64,000 nt of DNA from a virus, in the IMG/VR virus record IMGVR_UViG_3300012352_000355, positions 47,406 to 111,405 of that record; one strand, 5' to 3'. The notes under the pieces are model-generated. The model saw nothing but the letters and a program-made list of their open reading frames with translations. It did no database searches and was not told the DNA's origin. Both the position numbers and the translations under genes were made by a program. Of this stretch, positions 8,434-16,353 are shown in pieces (the stretch's first letter is position 1; every line of letters begins with the position of its first letter).

Positions 8434-11400
8434 ATGCAAAACAAAATCAATCAGAACACGGCAGGTTTAAACCTTGATTCGGTTAATTACCAGATCAAGG
8501 AAAACATGATTACGTATGCCTTGAATGCAAACGTGCAGTCTCATGATGGTAACTCAACCACATATACTAACGAGCCTTCAAACCAAATCTGTTATGATTT
8601 TAGTTTAACTTATCCTGGATTTAAAATACTTAATGTTTTAAGTATTACAGAACAGTCTAAGTTAGTTGTTTTCTTAGCTCACCCTGATGGCAGATCTCTT
8701 ATTGGAGAGTTAACTAATCTAAATAAAGATTGTACTACACTAACAGAAACAGAAACAGATTGTGGTTGTATCTCTGGAACAGTAGTAACTAACGTAGTGA
8801 ATAGTGCAACAGGTTGCTGCACTTTTACCCCATTGATTGTAGATAACTGTTGTGATTGTACAGATTGCTACACATACTCTGCTCAATCAATAAACAATAC
8901 TCCTTACTCTATAACCTACGTAAACTGTAACGGAGTAGAAGTAACAGATACTTTTCCTTCAGGTATAGGAACATTCACTGCTAGAAAGAACAAATATATT
9001 CTTCCTTCAGATGTTGAGATACTTGATAGCAATCTAGAGTCTCAAGGACAGTGTGTTCCTAAAACTTCTGACTGCTGTCTAAAATTGTCTACGGATTTTC
9101 CTGTGTACGCTGAGTACAGAATTGATAACTGTGAAACAAAGGTCTACTTTATTGCAAGAAATATACAACCTCGTTACTTCTCTTTAGAAGAACCTTTGGG
9201 TCGTGATCAATGTGGAGATGCCCTTGACTGTCTTACAGACGCTTGTGAGCGCTTAAAACTATTCCCTGACTTCTGTCAAGCAGATATCTATCCAACAGCA
9301 ATTGACTCAGGTGGAAGACTTAAGGGAGGTGTATACTCTTTCTCAGTGGCTTATGCAGATGAGAATGGAAAAGAACTTACAGATTACGTAGACTTCAGTA
9401 ATCCTATTGCAATCTTTGAGAGAGCTATTACTGAACAAACAGAGTACGAAACCTCTAAGTCTATCAGAGTATCAATAGACCACAGTACTACAATCTTTGA
9501 TTACTTTAATCTAGTTGTAGCAGAAAATATAAATGAAGTAACTACATACCAACTGGTAGGTACTTACAGAGTAAATCAATCTACCTATAGAGACTCTTTA
9601 GTTTATACTGGAGACTATTCTTCTACTTTCTCTTCTATTGTTCCTCTCATTCGCAGTCCTCACTACGAGACAGCAGAGATTATTGAGAAACAGAATGACA
9701 TCTTGATGTTAGCTGATTTGGTAGAGACTCCTAAGTATAACTTTCAATTACTTGCTAATAAGATTAAACTTCGCTGGGAAACTGTAAAGATGCCAGTTGA
9801 TAATAAGTTTGATTACTCTAATCCAGAAATCGCTTACTTCTTTAGAACTTATCAGAGGGATGAAGTTTATCCTTTTGGTATTAAGTTTAAACTAAAGAAC
9901 GGTAAGTATACAGATGTATTTCATATTCCAGGTAGAGAAGTATTTCCAAACTCAGATGAGAGATCACTTATCTATCATGATAGTAACCCAGATGCATTTG
10001 GTACAGTTAACGATTGTATAGTTACAGACAGAGAAGAGAAATGGAAAGTATACAACACAGCTACAACTGGTATTACTCCTCCTAACAATACTCCTTCTTT
10101 ACAAGAAGCTCAATACTCTTGTAAGATTACAGTAGAAACTGGTGGAGAATTTGCTTACTGGGAATCTACTGAAACTTATCCTTGTTATGAAGAAGTATGG
10201 GGAGCCTTAGCAGGTCAACCTATTCGTCACCACAAGTTTCCAGAAAATGCTAAGTCACATATCCACGCAGATGGGGATGACTTTATCTATCCTATCGGAG
10301 TACGTCTCTGGAGTGAAAGTTTGTTTGCATCTATCCTAGATACAGAAACAGTTTACGATCCTTTGAATACTTACGGTAATCATCAGATACCTGTTAAAGA
10401 GTTGATCTGTGGTTATGAGTTAGTAAGAGGTAATCGTGTAAACAATAAGTCAGTAGTAGCTAAAGGACTTGTTTATGATGTAGGATCTTTCAAAGATGTT
10501 AAGTCAGGTAAAGAATTCTACTACCCTAACTATCCTTACAACTCTTTGGAGGATGACGCTTACATCAAATCTACTCCAGACTGGTATAACAAAGCTGATA
10601 GAGGTATTGATGATCCTGACTATGGAATGGCTTTGCATAAGGGATTCAATGTTATTGGTTCTCGTTACACATTTCACTCACCTGATACACACTTCCAGTA
10701 TCCTAAGATTGGTACAGAACTTAAACTAGAAACTGTAGAGTATGGTAAAGTACAGGGTAAGTTTATTCCTGTATTAGATCATCCACAGTATAAGTTTTTG
10801 ACAACTGCAGACTATGCGGTTACTGCAGTATTAGCAGATGCTTTATCTTTAGCTTTTGAATCAGAACTTACAACTACTCCTACTCCAGGAGCTGCAACTA
10901 GGTGGAAAGCAGATGCCCTAGCTATACTTACAAATAACCAGATATTTATAGATCTACTTGAAAAGTTAATTCCTAACACAAACTTTGCTTATCAGTTTAA
11001 TTCAGTAGGAGAATACAAAAGATTCCTTCCTATTACAACTATAGGCAATAGAAGAAGATTCTTAGATATTGGTCTATACGCTAATGACAAGATTGTAGAA
11101 CTGAACGATGACAAACCTCTTCACAACAGACTAAGAGAAACTTCAGTTTATCTCAAGACTAGTGGATCATTCTCTACAGAGTATGCTAGTATTGTAGATA
11201 ATAGTCGTTACACAATAGGACAAAAGAACCTTCAAGATAATCCAGAACAAATTGTTGAGAGTGACACAAGGGCATACTACGCTTCTATTAAAAGAAACTT
11301 CCCTAATCAGTATGGACAGATTGAAAATATTAAATACGTTTCTACTGGTTACTCCTGTTCTGTCTACACAGATATTACTGGTACTTTGCAAATTAAGACT

Positions 11401-13485
11401 AAGTACTATCCTGCATTTGGTGGAGACACATTCATTAACAAGTTTGCACTTAAGCGTAAGCATTCTTTCTTTACTCGTAACCTTGCTAATCTTCCTGCTA
11501 AAGTAGACAATGTTCCTTTTGATTATTGGTTGTATCCTAACTTAGGTTATCCTACGTACTACATTGGAGAGTCTCCTGCTACTATTGATAATGCAGCTTA
11601 CACAGCATTACTTGCAGGACTATCTGCAGGGATTGCAGCAGCATTATTAGCATCCGCTGCAGGAGCTCCTTCTGGGGTTGCACTAAACTCTGCAATTTCT
11701 GGATCACTAGCTGCAGCTTACTCCTTGTTTGTTAAAAAGAATAACCTAGATGCAGATCCTAACTCTTTCTTCTACCAAAAAGGTTTCTTCTATACAGCTT
11801 CTTACGGTATTCCTGTATTCTATGTAGAGTCTGATATCAACGTAGACCTACGCCATGGAAGAAATGACTTAGAAGAGAATTTCTATCCTAACGTAGGAGA
11901 TGGTATTCCAGATGAGTGGTTGCATGAAGTTAATGTACCTATTAAGTTTGACAACTTCTATAGTTACAATGCTACTTATTCTGCACAGAACTTAAGTCCT
12001 AATCTTCCCTACAGATTAAAGTATCCTTCACTAGAGTGTTTGTCTATCCATAACAACAGAGTAATTTACTCAGATCCTGCAAACTCTTCTAACTATCTCT
12101 CTGATGCTTGGAGAGTATTCCGTCCAGGAAACTTCTATGACTTTCCTAAGCAAGGTGGTCGCTTAATTGATCTGAATGCGGGAGAAAACGAAAGAGTGTA
12201 TGCTAGATTTGAGAATACAACTAAAGTATACAACTCTCGTATCACCTTAAGTACTACTTCTCCTTATCAATTAGAAATAGGTAATGCAGAGATGTTCAAA
12301 CAAAAACCTGTAGATCTTGCTAAAACAGATCTGGGTTACATAGGAACTCAACACAAAGCTTACGTTAAGTGTGAGTATGGAACATTCTGGGTAGACGCTA
12401 AACGTGGTCACATCTATCAGATCACAGGAGACGGCTTCAACGAAATTAAAACAGAAAATAACTTTAACTGGTTTAAGCAAAATCTTCCTTTCCAAATCCT
12501 AAAAGATATTCCAAATGCAGACATAGACAATCCACCGATTGGCTTAGGCATTGTTATGGGATGGGATGAAAGATACGAGAGGGTATTTATTACTAAGTTA
12601 GACTACAGAGTTAAACCTGAATTTAGAGCAGGCAATCCTTCAGTAGTTAAATACATTACAGATACTTCTGATACTAACTATAGAAGATATGTACTAGAGA
12701 GTGGAAGTACTCAAGTAGAGATTACTTTTGGTGATCCTGCATTTTTTGAGAATAAGTCTTGGACAGTTGCTTACTCACCCAAACTTAAAAACTTTATTTC
12801 TTTCTACTCATTCCTTCCAAACTTCTTTGTTCCTATGTTGGGTAACTTCCAGACAGTTATCAATACTTCTGCAGGAGCATCTACTTGGAACCATAATCTT
12901 TCTATCTTTACTTACCAGACTTACTACAACAAACTTTATCCTTACATCATAGAGTATAACGTAAACTCATTCCCTCAAGTATCTACTGTTAACTCTGTTA
13001 CTTTGATGCAAGACATCCAAGAGTATTATTCTGACTACGAGTACTACTCTTTGTCTACTGCAAATAAAAAGAACTTAGCAAACTTTACTAAGGCTATTAT
13101 CTATAACAAAGAACAGTCATCTGGTATCATTAAGTTGATTCCTGAAGAGTTTGGTAACACAAGACAAAAGATTACCTATCCTAGAATGACTACAACGGGC
13201 ATAGAAGCGCTTATCTCTCGCAGAGAACACTTGTATACCTTTAACGGATTTTGGAACGTTGCAGCGCAAGGAAATGGGCAACCACTTTGGTCTACTCAAT
13301 GGAGTGACTTGATTACTCAGTATCCAATAGATAAGATACCGAACACTAAGAGTGTGAGACCTGTATCTGTATCTTACCAGAAGTCTAAGATTAAATCAGA
13401 CTTTGCTAAAGTAAGATTGATTCAAGATCAGTACTCTAGATTTAAGTTTATTAATACAATCCAAATAACTCAAACCAACCCATAA
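8434..13485 (+). CDS. Tail stabilisation/muzzle protein
   Basis: 1683 aa with G-LN-D start, YQRDEVYPFGI, YWESTETYP, IRHHKFP, GGDTFI and SFYSFLP motifs. Confidence 0.8.
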   Translation: MQNKINQNTAGLNLDSVNYQIKENMITYALNANVQSHDGNSTTYTNEPSNQICYDFSLTYPGFKILNVLSITEQSKLVVFLAHPDGRSLIGELTNLNKDCTTLTETETDCGCISGTVVTNVVNSATGCCTFTPLIVDNCCDCTDCYTYSAQSINNTPYSITYVNCNGVEVTDTFPSGIGTFTARKNKYILPSDVEILDSNLESQGQCVPKTSDCCLKLSTDFPVYAEYRIDNCETKVYFIARNIQPRYFSLEEPLGRDQCGDALDCLTDACERLKLFPDFCQADIYPTAIDSGGRLKGGVYSFSVAYADENGKELTDYVDFSNPIAIFERAITEQTEYETSKSIRVSIDHSTTIFDYFNLVVAENINEVTTYQLVGTYRVNQSTYRDSLVYTGDYSSTFSSIVPLIRSPHYETAEIIEKQNDILMLADLVETPKYNFQLLANKIKLRWETVKMPVDNKFDYSNPEIAYFFRTYQRDEVYPFGIKFKLKNGKYTDVFHIPGREVFPNSDERSLIYHDSNPDAFGTVNDCIVTDREEKWKVYNTATTGITPPNNTPSLQEAQYSCKITVETGGEFAYWESTETYPCYEEVWGALAGQPIRHHKFPENAKSHIHADGDDFIYPIGVRLWSESLFASILDTETVYDPLNTYGNHQIPVKELICGYELVRGNRVNNKSVVAKGLVYDVGSFKDVKSGKEFYYPNYPYNSLEDDAYIKSTPDWYNKADRGIDDPDYGMALHKGFNVIGSRYTFHSPDTHFQYPKIGTELKLETVEYGKVQGKFIPVLDHPQYKFLTTADYAVTAVLADALSLAFESELTTTPTPGAATRWKADALAILTNNQIFIDLLEKLIPNTNFAYQFNSVGEYKRFLPITTIGNRRRFLDIGLYANDKIVELNDDKPLHNRLRETSVYLKTSGSFSTEYASIVDNSRYTIGQKNLQDNPEQIVESDTRAYYASIKRNFPNQYGQIENIKYVSTGYSCSVYTDITGTLQIKTKYYPAFGGDTFINKFALKRKHSFFTRNLANLPAKVDNVPFDYWLYPNLGYPTYYIGESPATIDNAAYTALLAGLSAGIAAALLASAAGAPSGVALNSAISGSLAAAYSLFVKKNNLDADPNSFFYQKGFFYTASYGIPVFYVESDINVDLRHGRNDLEENFYPNVGDGIPDEWLHEVNVPIKFDNFYSYNATYSAQNLSPNLPYRLKYPSLECLSIHNNRVIYSDPANSSNYLSDAWRVFRPGNFYDFPKQGGRLIDLNAGENERVYARFENTTKVYNSRITLSTTSPYQLEIGNAEMFKQKPVDLAKTDLGYIGTQHKAYVKCEYGTFWVDAKRGHIYQITGDGFNEIKTENNFNWFKQNLPFQILKDIPNADIDNPPIGLGIVMGWDERYERVFITKLDYRVKPEFRAGNPSVVKYITDTSDTNYRRYVLESGSTQVEITFGDPAFFENKSWTVAYSPKLKNFISFYSFLPNFFVPMLGNFQTVINTSAGASTWNHNLSIFTYQTYYNKLYPYIIEYNVNSFPQVSTVNSVTLMQDIQEYYSDYEYYSLSTANKKNLANFTKAIIYNKEQSSGIIKLIPEEFGNTRQKITYPRMTTTGIEALISRREHLYTFNGFWNVAAQGNGQPLWSTQWSDLITQYPIDKIPNTKSVRPVSVSYQKSKIKSDFAKVRLIQDQYSRFKFINTIQITQTNP

Positions 13486-13489
13486 TACC

Positions 13490-13870
13490 ATGAAAGAAAA
13501 AGAACTTTTCACTACAGTCAAACCCGAGATAGTAATTGGACAGTTGTTCCAATCTCGTGACATCATCCACATCGCACACTTGCAGACAACTTCTTTTAGT
13601 GAGCACAAAGCACTAGATGGCTACTACACTGAGATTATTGACCTAATTGATGATATCATAGAGTCTTACTTCGGTACAATAGGTAAAAGACTTAACTTTA
13701 AGATTCCTGCATCTGAGTACATGAATGCAAGAACTCACTTGATCTACATGAAAGACTACATGATGAAGCATCGTGGAGTATTCGGTATGGAGAACACTCA
13801 CTTACAAAACTCAATTGATGAGGTAATTAGTTTGATCACTAGTACCTTATATCAACTTACTCTAACTTAA
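13490..13870 (+). CDS. Ferritin/Dps-like four-helix protein (DUF5856-type)
   Basis: HIAHLQTTSFSEHKALDGYY...DDIIESYFG...YQLTL pattern. Confidence 0.7.
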   Translation: MKEKELFTTVKPEIVIGQLFQSRDIIHIAHLQTTSFSEHKALDGYYTEIIDLIDDIIESYFGTIGKRLNFKIPASEYMNARTHLIYMKDYMMKHRGVFGMENTHLQNSIDEVISLITSTLYQLTLT

Positions 13871-13885
13871 ACTAAATAAAACTAT

Positions 13886-14818
13886 ATGAATCGCTTAAAG
13901 AATTCTTACTCAACTTGCATGAGTTGCGGTGGTAAGAAAATGAAATCAGGAGGTAAATGGATTCAGTCTGCTATTAAGAAGCCAGGCTCTTTCACAGCAC
14001 AAGCTAAAAAAGCTGGAATGTCTGTACCTGCTTTCCGTGATAAAGTACTAAGTAATAAAGGCGCTTACTCTTCTACTACAGTAAAGAGAGCTAACTTGGC
14101 TAAGACTCTTTCTAAGATGCGTAAGGGGGAAGATGGTATGATTACACGTAAGGGAGTAAAAGATGTAATAAAATATTCTTCACTTGTAGAACCTAGAGGT
14201 ATTACTAGCGAATCTTCTATGGGCATGCCTGCTACCCCTACTCCTATTGAAAGTCCTGCAAACTGGTACAACGAGTCTACTTGGGATACTGCACAAACAG
14301 AAAATGCTGCTCGTTCTGCAGTTAATAGTCCAGCAGCATCTGCCAAAGGTCCTCTTGCTAAAGGTGGTTCTGAGAAAGTAAGAGCTTATCAAGAAATGCT
14401 TCGTAGCAAAGGTTATGATATTGCAGCTGATGGTGCTTGGGGTCCCAAGACACAAGAGGCTTATGAGACTTATATTAAATCTAAAACTGCAGCTGTTACT
14501 AATCCTCCAGCAAATAAGACTACTAGTACTTCTTCTTCACAGACTTGGAACTACACTCCAGAGCAATGGGATAAGTCTATGGCAGAGAATAAAGCAAGAC
14601 CAGCTGTTAATAGTGTAATGGCTACAGCAGACAACATGAAAAAGACCCCTATTACAACCAAAGAAGTTCTTAAGACTCCAGAGCCTATTCAGGTTACTCA
14701 AGCTGTGAATAATGTGAGCAAACTCAAAAAGGCTAAGAGTAAAGTAAGTTCTGCAGAAGCACTCATACGTAGAAAAATTGCTAAAATGAATTCTGGCAAG
14801 TCTATATACGGAGATTAA
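13886..14818 (+). CDS. Basic modular protein with a peptidoglycan-binding-like domain
   Basis: N-terminal basic module KWIQSAIKKPG...KRANLAKTL; internal VRAYQEMLRSKGY...ADGAWGPKT fits PG_binding_1. Confidence 0.6.
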   Translation: MNRLKNSYSTCMSCGGKKMKSGGKWIQSAIKKPGSFTAQAKKAGMSVPAFRDKVLSNKGAYSSTTVKRANLAKTLSKMRKGEDGMITRKGVKDVIKYSSLVEPRGITSESSMGMPATPTPIESPANWYNESTWDTAQTENAARSAVNSPAASAKGPLAKGGSEKVRAYQEMLRSKGYDIAADGAWGPKTQEAYETYIKSKTAAVTNPPANKTTSTSSSQTWNYTPEQWDKSMAENKARPAVNSVMATADNMKKTPITTKEVLKTPEPIQVTQAVNNVSKLKKAKSKVSSAEALIRRKIAKMNSGKSIYGD

Positions 14819-14820
14819 TT

Positions 14821-15504
14821 ATGTTTGTTCCAGGAGTAAATGGTTCTGTAATTCCTAGTGCACCCTCAGGTTCAAGACTTAAGGGTGCATATAGGAATTC
14901 TAAAAAGCGTAAGATGCCTAATGGTGGAATAGAAGTTGCCTTAGATGCAGCTTCTTTTATCCCACCACCAGTAGGTACAGTAGCTTCACTTCTTGGTGCA
15001 GGTTTAAATGCTTATCAAGGGGATTATACGGGAATGAGTTTAGATTTAGCTAGTGCTGCTAGTGGTGGGGCATCTAAGTGGTTTGGTGCAGCTGCAGATG
15101 CTGCAAAGATGGCTAACTCTGGAAAACTTGCTTCAAATATGGCATCTAAAGCTAAAACATTTCAAACTCTTTCTAATCCTGTAATATCTAAAAGTGCATC
15201 TGCGGGAAGAGATTACTTAGGCACAGTAGGGTCTTCTTCATATAATAATACTATGAGAGTTCCTCAAAGAGATAATGCTCAAGTACAATTTAGACCTAAT
15301 CCTAACTTACGTAGAATGGAAGAAGGCGGAGAAGTAGAGGATGACGATAAGGAAATGGTTAATGGAGTAGCAAGTATCTTACGCAGAGTAAAAGATAAGA
15401 AGAACAGATTACAACTAGCTAATCAACTCGCTAAACAGTTTAACAGAGAAAAGGTAAAATATGATTTACCTTCATTCCTAGCTAAATCTAAAGTAAAAAA
15501 ATGA
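14821..15504 (+). CDS. Modular protein with a hydrophobic Gly/Ala-rich segment
   Basis: 227 aa; MPNGG and MEEGG motifs bracket LDAASFIPPPVGTVASLLGAGLNAYQGDY. Confidence 0.6.
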   Translation: MFVPGVNGSVIPSAPSGSRLKGAYRNSKKRKMPNGGIEVALDAASFIPPPVGTVASLLGAGLNAYQGDYTGMSLDLASAASGGASKWFGAAADAAKMANSGKLASNMASKAKTFQTLSNPVISKSASAGRDYLGTVGSSSYNNTMRVPQRDNAQVQFRPNPNLRRMEEGGEVEDDDKEMVNGVASILRRVKDKKNRLQLANQLAKQFNREKVKYDLPSFLAKSKVKK

Positions 15505-16073
15505 AACAGATGATAAAACGTAAAGACGGATCTTACTCACAAAGAGGATTGTGGGATAACATCCGTGCTAAAAGAGGTTCTGGAAAGAAACCTACTCCAG
15601 AGATGCTTAAGCAAGAACGTAAGATTAAACGTAACATGGCTGAAGGCGGTAAAATGCCTACCAGTGTTGCTAAGGCTAGATTTGTAGCAGCTAACAAAGG
15701 AAATGTATCTGAGGCTAGACAAGACGCTTCTAAATACGGATACAAGTTTATGGTTGGTGGTAGACTTAAAGCAGCTTATATGGCTAAGGGTGGAACTATT
15801 GCTAAGACAACTAAAGGCCCAGGTGCTAACTATCGTCCTACCAAGCAAGGTGCTGGTATGACTAAGAAGGGAGTTATGGCTTATCGTAGAGCTAACCCAG
15901 GTTCTAAGTTAAGCACTGCTGTTACAGGTAAGGTAAAGCCAGGTAGCAAAGCAGCTGGTCGTAGAAAGTCCTACTGTGCTCGTTCATTAGGTCAATTGCG
16001 TAGATCCTCACAAGCTACACAGAATGATCCTAATAGCAGAATCAGACAAGCACGTAGGCGTTGGAAGTGTTAA
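15501..16073 (+). CDS. Highly basic modular protein (C-terminal DUF6321-like module)
   Basis: K/R-rich; GLWDNIRAKR module and GMTKKGV..YRRANPGSKL...RRKSYCARS...DPNSR...RRWKC module; ATGA overlap with the previous gene. Confidence 0.65.
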   Translation: MKQMIKRKDGSYSQRGLWDNIRAKRGSGKKPTPEMLKQERKIKRNMAEGGKMPTSVAKARFVAANKGNVSEARQDASKYGYKFMVGGRLKAAYMAKGGTIAKTTKGPGANYRPTKQGAGMTKKGVMAYRRANPGSKLSTAVTGKVKPGSKAAGRRKSYCARSLGQLRRSSQATQNDPNSRIRQARRRWKC

Positions 16074-16094
16074 ACTAAAACTAAAACTAAATAT

Positions 16095-16253
16095 ATGGCA
16101 ACTAAAGCATCTAAAACTAAATCAACCTCTACAGCTTCTAAGTTCAAAGTTAAACCTAAGATCAGAAGAAAGGGAGTTGTAGCAAAGACTAAAGCTTCAA
16201 AGTTAAAGTCTAGCAAAAATTATCTTAAAAAAAGCAGAGGACAAGGGAGTTAA
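16095..16253 (+). CDS. 52-aa histone/protamine-like basic peptide (absent from the ORF track)
   Basis: MATKASKTKSTSTASKFKVKPKIRRKGVVAKTKASKLKSSKNYLKKSRGQGS*; AAACTAAA leader, ends in a terminator, no acidic residues. Confidence 0.75.
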   Translation: MATKASKTKSTSTASKFKVKPKIRRKGVVAKTKASKLKSSKNYLKKSRGQGS

Positions 16254-16272
16254 TTCTCCCTTGCTTTTTTTT
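16242..16272 (+). terminator. Intrinsic terminator
   Basis: CAAGGGAG-TTAATT-CTCCCTTG followed by C and T8. Confidence 0.85.
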
Positions 16273-16290
16273 ATTAATCTTGTATATTTG
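16261..16290 (+). promoter_or_regulatory. Bacteroidota-type promoter for the cargo genes
   Basis: TTG(16261-63)-N19-TATATTTG(16283-90). Confidence 0.75.
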
Positions 16291-16353
16291 TATAACTAGC
16301 TTATTCTCAAGCAGTTATTAACTTTCTATGTTAATAACATAAATAATTAAAAC

